Shown: piece after piece, positions 15,312 through 28,092 of the stretch
Numbering within the stretch: the first letter of the stretch is position 1
Layout of the letters: each line of letters begins with the position of its first letter
NCBI GenBank assembly: GCA_951406725.2
Contig: OX597814.1
Span: 133,176,001 to 133,240,000 of the forward strand
Source of the DNA: Octopus vulgaris
Lineage: Eukaryota
Length of the DNA stretch: 64,000 nt
Direction: 5' to 3'
Made by a program: the position numbers and the translations under genes
The notes under the pieces: generated by a model
What the model was told of the DNA's origin: nothing
Seen by the model: only the letters and a program-made list of their open reading frames with translations
Databases searched by the model: none

Positions 15312-17280
15312 CCGTATTTGACGGCATATTAGACGCACTGGCATATTAAACGCACCCTCATTTCAGTAGGTCAAATTCAGGAAAAAATGTTTTAAGTGTA
15401 TTTAAGCATATATTGTTGATAGCAGTCTAGCAGCACATTACAAAAGCAGAAAACGTTGCTGTATAAAAGCAAGCATACAAAAGGAAAGCATACAAATTAC
15501 AATAGTAATCATCTTTAATCATCTTTTTAACCAGAAAACTCTTCATCATCTTCTACACCAGAAAAGTCTTCATCATCTTCAAAACAAGGAACATCTTCAT
15601 CACTACTGCTGAAATCACTGTCTTGAAATAATGCATCATATTCTGTGCCATGAAGGGTATTGCTAATGCCACACTTCTTAAAAGCCTTCACAATGATTTC
15701 AGGCCTAACATCATCCCAAGATTTCTTCACTCACTCACACACTTCAGCAATGGTGGGCCGCTTCATTCTTCCTGTGGGTGTGAGGGCATGATGTGGCTCT
15801 GCCATCCACTTGTTCCAATGTTCACGCATGTTCTGCTTAAATGGCTTATTCACAGACACATCTAAAGGCTGCAATTGGCTCGTCAGTCCACCAGGATTGA
15901 CAGCTAACTGCGTTTTCAATTCTCCCACCCTTTTTTTAATGGCTTCAGTTCTATGTGCTCTAAACTGATCTCAAACCAGAAGAGAAGGTTTTCTTAATAG
16001 TCCACCAGCACGCCTTGACCATATATTTTGTAACCACAGTTTCATTCCATTTTCGTCCATCCAGCCTTTTTCGTGAACATGAACTAGTACACCTCTTGGA
16101 ATTTTATCCTTAGGCTGAGTTTTTCTCTTAAATAGCAAAAGAGGTTGCAGTTTTATGCCATCAGCACAACAGGCCATAGCTACTGTATAGTGGGTCTTTT
16201 CGTGGCCAGTGGTTTTTATCGAAACAATTTTAGACCCTTTGACACTCACAGTCCTGTTGGATGGTACATCAAATGTGAGTGGAACTTCGTCCATATTCCC
16301 TATTTGGCCCAGTTTTCTTTCTTGCATTTATAACAAATCTATGAAAATCTAATATTTTTTCTTCATAATCAGCAGGCATTTTTTTGTGCAATGGATGCTT
16401 TTGTACGCATTGATAAACCCTTCCGTTTCATAAACCTGTAACACCAACCTTCTGTTCCTGCAAAGTTCTGTATCCCTCGTTGTTCTGCTACTCTCATGGC
16501 CTCATGAATTATCATTTTGGTAGATACACTTCTCCCTGAGTTTCTCTCATCAAGCACCCACGTTTTTATATCATCCTCAAGTTCTGGCCAATGTGGGGCT
16601 GTGCAACGAAGGTTATGTTTACCTTTCTGTGCTCTCATCAGCTGCTCTTCTTGCTGTCGCCAGACACGTATCACTTTTTATGTAGGTGGTGGCCCAAAAA
16701 CTCTTGCTGCTGCTCTATTTCCATGCTCCTTGTCATAATCTACCACTCGTAGTTTGTAGGAGATTTTGTAGCTTGACCTTTTTGCTGCCATAGCCGTGAG
16801 GGTGCTTGTACTGTTGTAGTGTGTTTTGTTATGATCATAAACTTTGTTGTACCAAGATATCCAACCTACCTCCGTATATACACGAACTCGCAACGATCAT
16901 GTGCATTCCGTAGTTTTACTCCTCACCGTCAGATGGCATCGTGTTAGGGTTCCGAACAGCTGATATTAGTAAACGTGTGTCATGGATCGCAGCCTAACAA
17001 TTTACGGTAGATTGCTTTGATTTTTACGATAATTCGTATTTTAAAGTAATAATACTGGTAATAATAATAATAATACTAGCAATAAAATAATGATGCATGA
17101 GTACGGAAAATATCATTAAGGCGTTAGCGTAGGTAGAAATACTTATCGTAAGCTAGGTTAGTGAGCGCCTGGGAGAAGATTAGCCTACGGGAGGGTCTTG
17201 ACTTCGCATATTAGACGCAGGGTGATTTTTTGAGCCAAATTTTTTGGAAAAAAGTGCGTCCTATATGCCGTCAAATACGG
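15312..17280 (-). mobile_element. Complete pogo/Tigger-like DNA transposon with 28-bp TIRs and TA TSD
   Basis: TA|CCGTATTTGACGGCATATTAGACGCACT ... AGTGCGTCCTATATGCCGTCAAATACGG|TA; subterminal GCATATTAGACGCA repeats; transposase inside. Confidence 0.95.
15527..16791 (-). pseudogene. POGK-like pogo transposase (Brinker-type DBD, CENP-B HTH, DDE_1), disrupted
   Basis: MAAKRSSYKISYKLRVVDY..HGNRAAAR; WPELEDDIKTWV..GWCYRFMKRKGLSMR; IGNMDEVPLTFD; KGWMDE; PGGLTSQLQPLDVSVNKPFK; AFKKCGISN plus acidic tail; stops and frameshifts. Confidence 0.92.
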
Positions 17281-17524
17281 TAATTGAACAATGCAATCAT
17301 TTCATTACATCAATTTAAAATGTAGAGGAATCTTCAGCTGCACAAAGGCATAGAATTTAATTAAACTAGAAGGATACATTAGTATAATTTTACCCTCAAT
17401 CTCTAAGAGGATAAGGAGATAGACAAAGAACATGTTTTACCAACAACATCACAGTGGTAACTAAAATTTTTTTCCAAGAAGGCGCTGATTTCCACTGGTT
17501 TTTCTGTTACTTATATATTAATTA

Positions 17525-17642
17525 CGGGGTGGGGGCAGTTTTTTATTTTATAGACTAGTTTATCAAATCCTTTGTATATTTAAGCATTAGATATACAAAG
17601 GATTTGATAAACTAGTCTATAAAATGAAAACTGACGCCCCCG
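17525..17642. repeat. Hairpin with perfect 35-bp stem
   Basis: 17545-17579 is the exact reverse complement of 17591-17625; weaker pairing extends outward. Confidence 0.95.
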
Positions 17643-17650
17643 AAAAAAAA

Positions 17651-17865
17651 ATCGACTCCAGGGCTTATTCTTTGTAATCCTAGTATTTATTCTGTCGGTC
17701 TCTTTTTGCCGAACCGCTATGTTACGGGGACGTAAACACACCAACATTGTTTGTTAACCTATGATGGGGAGACAAATGCAGACATACAAACACATACATA
17801 TACATATATATATATACATATACGATGGGTTTCTTTCAGTTTCCGTCTACCAAATACACTCACAA
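17651..17865 (-). mobile_element. Internal fragment of a SINE with an embedded (CATA)n tract
   Basis: ATCGACTCCAGGGCTTATTCTTTGT...GCCGAACCGCTATGTTACGGGGACGTAAACACACC...TTCTTTCAGTTTCCGTCTACCAAAT; homologous to 28555-28832. Confidence 0.75.
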
Positions 17866-17958
17866 TATTTGAGAAAGAGATGTGTTATCAGCAACATTAA
17901 AGCGACAATAGCGCTACTACATCTTGTTAATGATATGGATCCCAGCTTTCAAAAGTTT
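17863..17958 (-). repeat. Inverted-repeat arm paired with 14570-14661
   Basis: Imperfect reverse complement of 14570-14661. Confidence 0.85.
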
Positions 17959-20120
17959 GTGATAGGAAAAGCCATTAACTCTTTTAAAGCTTTGTATTTA
18001 TCTGCTATTTCTGAATATTCATTTTCCATCGATATCTTGAAAATGTCAATCGATATGTCTGTAAATCTTGATCTCACTGTCATGTCGCAGGATATGTCAT
18101 TCACTTTACTCACTTCTGCGGCAATGAGATTAGCTTACTGTGAGAATTCAGAAATAAAGCCGGAACGCCACTTAGATAATTACTGATGGCAGAGAAAGTA
18201 TAAGTAGTGAACAAGTGGACAAATGATTACATGCTCACTCATTAGAGACTGTAATACAAATACTCTGTACTATAGTGAAGTCGGGTCAGTGATCTCATCA
18301 CAGACTAATGAGACCTGCTACTGGTACCAAATAAAACAAGTCTACCTTTTTCAAAGTCGAGTAGCCACCGACTAAACTGCCCCCCGCCTTTTGAATATAT
18401 TGCTACTCTTATGAGGAGGGCGTCTGGATACCTAGCAGGTCTAAAAACTATACCTGTCAAATGACAGATGAGCTGCTGGTGAGCTAAGAACCATCCAGGT
18501 GGTGAAGGCATGCCACCCCAATATTTTTGCCAAGAAATACTATGAGAAAATCAGAATGAAGTAACGCTATGAATTCATCCGAGAGGAAAATTCGTACTTA
18601 ATCGGGAAAACTTGCATTACAGTAACATCAACGCGCTGCAAAAAGTACGATACATGATGCCCTCCCCCAACCACCACCACCAACACCAACACCACTACCA
18701 ATAAATAAATAGATAAAAATAACACTAACCAAAAAAATGACGAAACATACTTAATCAATTCTATGAATAACATTTTTTCCGCGAGGCCAGCTTTTTGAAA
18801 AAGGGACATATTTTGTTCGTCGAAAATGAAAATTGTTTTATTTTCTGCATTTATTTTTTTGTTGATCTTATTTATAAATGAAATGAATCAGTGAAATTAT
18901 ATATCAATGAAATATTCGAATAAAGCATATCAATTGTAACCAGTTAAATGTTTACTGAAAATGAACAGTGAAAAAACAGTCCCAATTCAGTTTTCAGTTC
19001 GTAAACATATGAAATGCACTTTATTACGAAACAAAAGTTATGACATGACAGGTTTGTAGATGCGCTAATTTCCTAAAATGAACAGTTTTTACATCATGAT
19101 GTATGACAAAAACTGTCATCAATTTTTCGTGATGTTAGTACCTTATACAGGTAGCGACATCTTTTCTATGTTTAAGCCCCGTGGGTGCATATTACACTAC
19201 TATCTCCTAATGAACTTGCTGTAACATACGTAAGCTAAGATGTCGCTGAAAATTTCCATAACTGTAGCGGTAGATTACAGTTTGTGCTAACTAAAGAACT
19301 ATGAAATAATTGTGCAAACATCTACAATCTGACAACGAATAAATTTGCACCTTTCAAAATATAGCCATAATCTCTGTAGTGCGAATCACTTTGACATGTG
19401 TTTCGTTTAGCATCATTGATACAATAAATCTGTAAACTAGATTAACTTTTGATCAGAAATGGGAGTTTTCTTTGAGATAGCATTTGATATTGACTTTTTG
19501 CATGAGGCAATGGGAAGCGTTGTAACTGACTCTATGAGTCCAAAATCTCAAAAAATATTAAAAGAAAAAAATTTTAAATTTCACTTTGCTATGATATTAT
19601 ATTTAAATATTGAAGGAGACAAGAAAACAGAAACTTCGAAAAATATTTGCCTGTGGTCGAAACTGTTTCAATCAATGAAGAGATCAAAATGATTGCTGCT
19701 CCACTGAGAAACACATTTTCAGACAGCTCTTTGAATTGCTGAAGAAAACTTAAAATGCTGCGACTATCAAAATGTACACACAATAACTAGCAACTGCAAC
19801 AGACCTTTCCGATATAAATGCTCTCATGATCGCCCTATTTTACTACAAGGCAGTGACCATAATGTTATTGAAACAATTATTGTAATAATCACCCGTAAGT
19901 TGCCGACTAATCCTAGTTACCAATGCGGTAGAAACTTAAGAGCTGATAGAGTTGCTAGATATATAATCCAATCACCAATTTTGCAAAGCTGCCATACCTA
20001 ACAATCTAATCTAACGAAAAAGAACAAAGTCCAATTGCCGCTAGAACTATATTATTGTGTGTGTGTATGTGTGAGTGTGTGTCTGTGTTTGTATGCATGT
20101 TCGCGTGTGCGAGCATATAG

Positions 20121-20168
<48 letters not shown>

Positions 20169-20302
20169 GCTAGCTAGCATTAGACTATTTTGTCTAGTCA
20201 ATATACGGTGGAGGCTTATAATTCTGTTTATAAAAATTTCACATGCCACCGTTTCTCGCTGACACCCACGCACACACACATACACACACATGCGCACAAA
20301 TA

Positions 20303-20383
<81 letters not shown>

Positions 20384-20894
20384 ATTAAATAAATGTCAAA
20401 GAAATAAATTGTGCAAGGAAATTCACTTCAGCATTGAAGTTCCGAGAAAAGTATATGGTGAAGCATAAACCCTTACATCTGAATGCACTACATCGTATAG
20501 CAGAAACGGTATAAGCTAATGAAGTTCATTGCATAATTTCGAGCTCCTTTTTCATTTATTTAATTTGATATTAGTCTCTATAGTCGACAGATGCTTCAAT
20601 CCACTACACGCCAAAACCTCGATATAATGGTGGTTGTTCTTGTTGAAGATCTCTCAAACCGCTGATAGATTAGAGATTCTTCTATTTTTGCCGGTGACTT
20701 GATTTTGAATTACAACTGGAGTGGTTGTAGTTTGTGTGGAGACACACGGTTTCCTTCTTTGGCTTCCTCTAAGGGTAGCACTTGCTTGTGTTCATGTCTA
20801 AAGACACGTCCAGGAATTAGACCTTTGTCAGATTGGTAGTTGTTGTGATGAGAGTTACGATGACCCTTGCGAAAAATAGACTGGTCCGTGTAAA

Positions 20895-23712
20895 GTGCAA
20901 AGATTGAAGCGTGTTTTGAATTAGATGATAACGTTACACTTGTGTTCAATCCTAATACGAAAATATCTTTGCGGCAATAAAGCAAGTGAATGATGAGCTG
21001 GATAGACTGAGGAAATGCGAATTGAGTAGCTCCTATTGTATGTATAAAAAACAAAAATATCGAAATTAGGTTTTGTGCCGATTTTTCGACCTGTTTAAAT
21101 TACTGTTTTAGAATGAACCATTATCCAGTATCGACCACAGAAGACATTTTTACAAAACGAAACAGAGGAAAAATATTTTCAAAATTCGATCTCTCTGATG
21201 CATGTCTACAAATCAAAGTAGTTTTTAAAAATGCTCCAAGCTGTTAAAAGTCAACACGCACAGAGGTCTATACAAATACAATAGCATACCTTTTGAACTG
21301 AAGATAGCAATATTTGGACTGAAGATAGCAATATTTCAACATGTGATGGCCGCGATGTTGGCAGACAGTCAGTTTGTTATTCCTTACCTTGATGTCATGT
21401 TAATCAAAAACGAATCGCGGCATGAGTATATTGAACCAGTGAAGTATGTCTTTATAAATTAAGGATTATGGTTTCACGCTAAGTGAAGAAAATTGTGAAT
21501 TAATTCTGCCTAAAAAGAAATACCTAGGTCAAATCATAAACAAGAATGGAAGACATCCTGACTCATCGAGAGCAGACGCGATCAAGAATATGCCTCCTCC
21601 AACGAATATACCGACATAATTTACTAAGTCAAGGAATGACCTAGTAAATTAATATAAAGTACATTCCAAATATACATAAATTGAGAGCACCATTACACGG
21701 TTTACTAAAAAAAAAGGAGAAAAATGGAATTGGTCTGTAAAGTCTCAAAACTCATTGGAAGACATAAAGAAAATACTAATTTCTGACTTGTCACTAACGC
21801 ATTTCGAACCTAGAATGGACATTGTTGTAGCGTCTGATGTTTCGGAGTATGGAATAGGAGCAGTCTTGCAACACAAGTATAAAGATGGAAATACGAAACC
21901 AGTAGTTCATGCTTCACGTTCGCTGACAGAAGCGGAAAAAAGTATAGTCAGATAGAGAAGGAGATTCTATCGATTATTATTGCGGTAATAAAATTTTAAA
22001 ACAATTTCTACATGGTATAAATCTTTTGTTACAAACCGACCATCGACCATTACTATAAATTTTTGGATCAAAGAAGGGATTCCCTATCTATACAGCAAAC
22101 CGACTACAACGCTGGGGTACAATATTGCTGAACTACAATTTCAAGATGCAGTATATTCTGTCGAACAAAATTGGTCATTCAGACTGCTTATCGAGGTTAA
22201 TTCCCAAGAGCGTGGAACCGCTAGAAGAGACCGTGATTGCGTCATTGCAGTCAGAAAAGGAAGTAAGAAGTATTGTGTATAATATAATCTAGGAACTACC
22301 TGTGACAGCGCATGATAAAAAATGAAATCCGTAGAGGACAGTTACATTACAAATATGAAAGAAACATTGAAAAATAAGCATAATAAAAATACAAATTCAA
22401 ATAATTTCTCATTATTCGACGATGTCTTAATCTACGCGCAGAGAGTAGTAGCATCAAGTGCACTACAGAAACGTGTATTGCAACAATTCCATTGTGGCCA
22501 CCCGGGAATGTCCAGAATGAAAGACTTAATAAGGAGCTTTGTATATTGGCCGACTACAGACAGGGACATGGAGAAATTGGGGAAAGCATGTAGAGGTTGC
22601 GCGTTGGCAACCAAAGCACCACCTGTAAAATACCAATCGTGGCCGGAGATTCAGAGCCCATTATCCAGAATACATATCGACTACGCTGGACTAGTGAACG
22701 ACGCATACTATTTAATCGTTGTGGATAGCTATACAAAGTGGCCAGAGGTATGCAGATGTAATAAACCCACAGCCAAGACAACAAAGTTTCTATTTGAGTT
22801 ATTTGCTCCAAACGGTGTTCCAGAGATGTTAGTATCTGATAATAGGACACAATTCACGGGATAACAATTCAGAAATTTCTGTAAAGTACATGCCATAAAG
22901 CTCATCTTTACTCTGCCCTATCACCCGGGGTCAAATGGGTAAGCGGAAAGATTTGTCGACACGTGCAAAAGAGCACTGAGAAAAGCTAGGGAGGAACTAG
23001 ATAATGACAAGGCGCGAAAGAAATTTTTCTGCCTGTATAGAATAACGCCAAATCCAAATACTAATTAAGGAAAGTCACCACCCAAGTTAATGTTCGCACG
23101 TAAAAAACATCGATCGTCGATGAATTATTGCCAGCAAATAATATATATAAAGGCAAGACAAAAATATTTTTGTAGGAAATACAAGAAATATTACAAAACA
23201 TTTCGAAGTTCATTTTAAAGGTTACAAAAATGGTAAAGAAAGTTGGGAGGATGGCTCTGTAATCAAAAGATTTAGTAACATGATGTATTTAATTAAAGGA
23301 CAACATTCGGAACACAAGAGACAACTTAACCAGGTAAAGCTGAGACATACAGAAGAATGAAGGGTGATACCAATAGAAGTTTTCTATTATACGTTTGAAG
23401 TGCCAGCACCGAGAGATATTGAACCACGTAGAACTAGCTTCAGAAAACGAAAACAGACTGAATATCTGGAAATTATACCTAAACGAAATATATATATTAA
23501 ATTTTCAAACAAATGGATACTTACAAGAGTGCTTAGTACAACGAAAAGAAAAAGTGCTATGTGCAACGAACAATACCACCTTAAGAGTCGGGTAACAATT
23601 GAGATTCAATAACTAAAAAAAAAGAGGGGGGAGAGGTGCTGGAAAATAAAATAAAATTAAGATAAAAGAAATTCCCCTTTCTCACATTAATCGAAATCTC
23701 AAGAGGGGCGAG
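20895..23712 (+). mobile_element. Decayed Ty3/Gypsy LTR retrotransposon pol region (RT-RNaseH-integrase) with PPT
   Basis: Broken frames give IRFCADFS, IFSKFDLSDA (RT); VVASDVSEYGIGAVL, HASRSLTEAEK, LQTDHRPL (RNase H); HCGHPGMSRMK..FVYWP..C..C, RIHIDYAG, VVDSYTKWPEV, LVSDNRTQF, PYHPGSNG*AERFV (integrase); polypurine tract 23615-23636 followed by TG. Confidence 0.9.
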
Positions 23713-23781
23713 ATAGACTGGTCCGAGTAAATTATAAATAGCAACGATCCACGTGAGTTCAGAGTTCGGAGTCGAGTGAAG

Positions 23782-25345
23782 TTCCAGTCGTACATGTGTT
23801 GTACTAAACGTTAGTTAATGTTTAAAGTTGCTGTTAAAATTGTTGTTGGTTAAATTGTTGGTTGTTTTGTGCTGATTTAGCAGCGGTTTAAAGTTGTGCT
23901 TTCTCTCGAGAATATCGAGAGATAAGCAACAAGAATGTACTATTCGAAACTTAGCGGTTCCGGATTTTCCTCTTCGGAAGAGGTGTTGGTTCGTGCAGTC
24001 GAAAGGATGGATAAAGTTCTAGAAACGAAAAGTTTTGCAGAGTCGGTGGAGGTAGACCTCTCCAACTTGGAAAGTTACGGAAGAATGGCAACCAGAATAG
24101 GTGGTAACGTTAAGTTGTCACCATCCCAGAAGAAAATGGAACAGATTGACAGAAAATCTGTGATATACAAAGTATACTCGATGTAAAACAGGAGAACTGA
24201 ACATGTGGAAGAAAAGATCATTGAAAAGGCATTGTACTCGGTCTGGCCAGAGGGAGTAAATTTGGATCCATAATAGTATTATTCAAGTCGGAAGCAAAGC
24301 AATAGAGAACGCAACGAGAACAATAAAAACAGATAAAATGGTCCTTCTAACTACATATATGGGAAGAAGGACGTCAAGGATAAGAATGGAAGGAATTCCA
24401 CCAGAAACTGATGTGGCTTGGGTCGTGGCGGCTATTCTCCTGGGTAGCAGGAAGGAGATGACCATCCTCCAAGCCACAAAATCGACGGCTCTGTGTGGAA
24501 GGGACAGACAGTCGACCTGATTATACAAGCTGTGGTGGAGACACTGGAAAATTTTGTTGAGACAGTGTCAATTGGTGAACTGGTATTGAAAGTGTGGGTA
24601 GAGAGCAGGACTCCACGCTGTTTTAAATGTGGCCAGTAAGGCCACATTAGAGCACACTGCTTTCTACAAAAGCGAACAACAGAAGAAATGCCGGAAAAGA
24701 AGCAAGAGGAGGAAAAACAAAAAAAGAGGAAAGAGAGGAAGAATGGAAAGTGGCAGAGGGAAACAGGAAAAAGAGAAAAAGTGTAATGTGGAACCCCAAA
24801 CCTTGGCCACCCCACCCATAACATCTGAGACTCCTCCTCCCCCTACAGACACCGAACCCACCCATTCCACTCCTAAACATGCTAAAAAAAAAGAATCGCA
24901 GAAACAACAAAGCACAAACAATTGCCTTCCCCATAAAGTAAACTACGCTTGCATGATATCGGACAAGGGCAATAAGGGGCTAATCGGGATGGTAACGGGT
25001 TGAAAGACAGCAAGATTGGTGTGTACAGATGGATATCAGAACATAATATGGTGGAATATGTGTACTCTATTTCCAGAAGGACAGATGGAGCAAGTGAAGA
25101 AATATAAAAAAATATGAAACACTACTAGCGAAATATGGTATCGACGTGATAAAGGGACTCACAAGGAAGTAAGTGTTGCTGCTCGACGTGGGGCGAGCAG
25201 CAAATTTCCATATTTTCATTTTCGTTATTCATTTCATATAAGCATATAATTTTATTTGAATTTTATTTATTTTTTTTGTGTTATATGTCCCCACATGTGC
25301 TTGTATTGTCACCTCTTTGTTGGCCTCTTGTGGGCAATAAAGAAA
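23782..25345 (+). mobile_element. Non-autonomous ORF1-only retroposon (HAL1-like) with >=15-bp TSD
   Basis: TSD CGGAGTCGAGTGAAG at 23767-23781 and 25352-25366; ends ...CCTCTTGTGGGCAATAAAGAAA; single decayed Gag-like frame and no EN/RT motifs. Confidence 0.75.
23935..25140 (+). pseudogene. LINE ORF1/Gag-like protein with CCHC zinc knuckle, disrupted
   Basis: ATG at 23935; YMGRRTSRIRMEGIPPE (RRM-like strand, inferred); RTPRCFKCGQ*GHIRAHC at 24619-24660 fits CX2CX4HX4C; K/E-rich and P/T-rich tail. The 3' limit is approximate. Confidence 0.7.
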
Positions 25346-26626
25346 CAGGTCCGGAGTCGAGTGAAGCTCATGTTAGTTCGCAGTGAAATCGGATGGTGTC
25401 AGTTGGTTATCTCACAAGGAATATTGATTCTTGGTTCGTAAAGAGATTTGTTAGTTCGTTACATTACTTTTGCTGTTGTCTGGCTATCATATTTATTGTA
25501 CGTAACAAATTACGTTATACCAGTGGCGATAGTCATAGTTCGGACGAATTGGAGAAATAAGCAGATCCTTCCTGAATGGCGTCTGTGTTCCCAAGGCTTG
25601 AGATTGCCAGTGAGTATACAGTGGCGAGCTGTGACAGGGTACTTCTTTAGGGTATTGAAGATAAAAAAATAACAAAGCGGTCACCAAACTGAAACCCGTT
25701 GTATTTACCCATACATTCCTTAGAGAATCGCCTTCTTTCTTCCATCAGCAGAAGTCATTGTAAATAAAATAGATGTAGAATTTATGATGATTTTCATATC
25801 GAGGTCACTGATATTGGTAAATTTTCAACCAAAATCTAAAGCACTCAAGTGGCGTGGAATTTCAATATCGATGTGCAGAAATCCACATTATTGATCTGGA
25901 TGAAGCTGCAGACTCCCTTATATTTAATACGTAACATGGACAAATCACAGAAATGCAATTTATATTTCCATTTATGCTTTAAATTTCAAATAAAACACGT
26001 TTCTAAAAACAGCTGTCATGAAAGGAGATTCCAAACAGAATATTGAGAAGGACAGAAGTAAGGTAATAGATGAAGGAGAAAAAGGAAAACAATCAATTAT
26101 CGATTATGGCTGTTTCTGAACTATAAAAGAAATATATTTCGTGTTGCCTGGTTACGCAGTCATGCAGTCGTTAGTTGTTAGCGGGATTTTCAGCTGGTGA
26201 GTCCCAAAAGACATTGAAGTCTTTAAAAAGTTTACTATGGACTGAACTGGCCACTAGTGATTTAGTCCATAGCAACGCTCACTCAAGGCTGACTTGACTA
26301 TAAAGATACAGTGTTTAGGAGTGTCGTAGATCAGAGAAAGAGAGTTAGAGAGTAAATTTACAAAATATTGAATATGCAATTCTTTACATAGAGATCTGTA
26401 CATTTTTAATTTCTGCTTACAAATATTTCTTCCAATAATATTGATTTCTAACATCGGTACGAACTGCACAGTTTCACACAAACACACACACACACACACA
26501 CGAGTATATGAGCGTGAAAATGTGTGTACGCGTGTGAGTGCGCATGTGTATGTATTTGTGTGTCTGTGTGTGAATGTGGGTGTATAGATATTATAGACAT
26601 ATTGCCATAGATGGATAAAATATATT

Positions 26627-27416
26627 CGAGAGGGTACCCAAAAGAAACCGGAATGATTTTATTCACTTAGTTTTTACATGTTTACACATTTTCTCACCTT
26701 CAAAGTATTCTCCATTTGAAGCAACGCATCGGTCCATTGTTCGAAGCAGGGCTGGATCTCTTGCGAAGTGATGTCTTTTAACACGTCTGTCGTTTTTTCT
26801 TCATTTCTTCCACATCTGCAAATTCCGTAGCACAGCTGTCGTAACCAGAGATGACCTTCAGAAAAAGGTCCGGATCAACTTCAGACTGTTCTTTCAGTTC
26901 ATAACACGCATTCAATTGTGACTGCTTTTTTTCTTCCGTGAATGATTTTGCTGCAACACTTTTCATTCACAATTCCTCTCTCAAATTTCGTTGGCAGGCA
27001 GTCCAGGACACACAAGTCATATAAAAAAATTCGTCAATTGTTCGGTGATGATCCTTCAAGATCAGTTCATGAATTTTTGTGATGTTTTCATTCGTTCGGG
27101 TGGTCAATGGTGTCCTTGAACGAGGTTGTTCTTCAGGCAACAAGTCACCATTCCTAAAATGGTAAAACCATTCGTAAACTTGTGTTTTGCTCATGGCAGC
27201 GTCCTTGTAAGCTGTTTGAAGCTTGACAGCTGTTTTGTTGGCCGCTTTCCTCAGCGGAAAACAGAATTTCAGGGAAGGATGCTATTCCTTCGTTTCAGCC
27301 ATCGCAAAAATCGACAGACAGAGGAAAACCACTACAAAACAATGACGTACCACGTGGCAGTACGACTTAGGCGGACGACGCCGGTAGGTAGACTGAAGTC
27401 TGACATTGTTATTTGA
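26627..27416 (-). mobile_element. Internally deleted mariner relic
   Basis: ATG at 27302; MSKTQVYEWFYHFRNGD...PRSRTP..RTNENITKIHELI; LFLKVISGYDS (first D region) joined directly to the C-terminal RCVASNGEYFE. Confidence 0.8.
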
Positions 27417-28053
27417 AATAACAGGAAAAATATTTTTATCATATAATCCAACATTTACTTGGTAGCTATGTTTAATTCATGGAGAAAAAATTACCATACA
27501 GATAAGTTAACATTTCTTTTTACTAACTTTTCTTTTTCCTACTTTTATTCCACATTTCTGTTCATTATTTACTAAAGTAAAATTATTTCAAAAACTTCTA
27601 GTTATATAATTTTAGTTTGTCATGTCTTAATATAGGGTGTAAATAGCAAAAGTTCATATAAGATAGAGCTGAATATTGCCAACTTAATCGTTTTAATATG
27701 GTATTGTATAGAGACATTCTATTTCAGCAATATCGAGGAATATGTTGTCATCAGACGCGCGTAATCTAAATAATGTAACGCATAAGATTTGTAATAAGAA
27801 TTGAAGGTATTAATTTTGATAATTTAGAATAAGAATTGTAGATATTAATTTTGATAAATTTAATATTTAGTCCTATATGTACATATTGTGGATAATGTCA
27901 TTCAATGATGATTGAGTTGCTTGAGGGTGATTCTATCTCTTAAACCTATCTCTATATATATGTATATAATACAGTGAGTAATTCATTTTAGTACCACTAA
28001 ATTAAACTTCTCTCCCCTGTGGACTCAGAAATAACTTCCCTAATATTAATATT

Positions 28054-28092
<39 letters not shown>

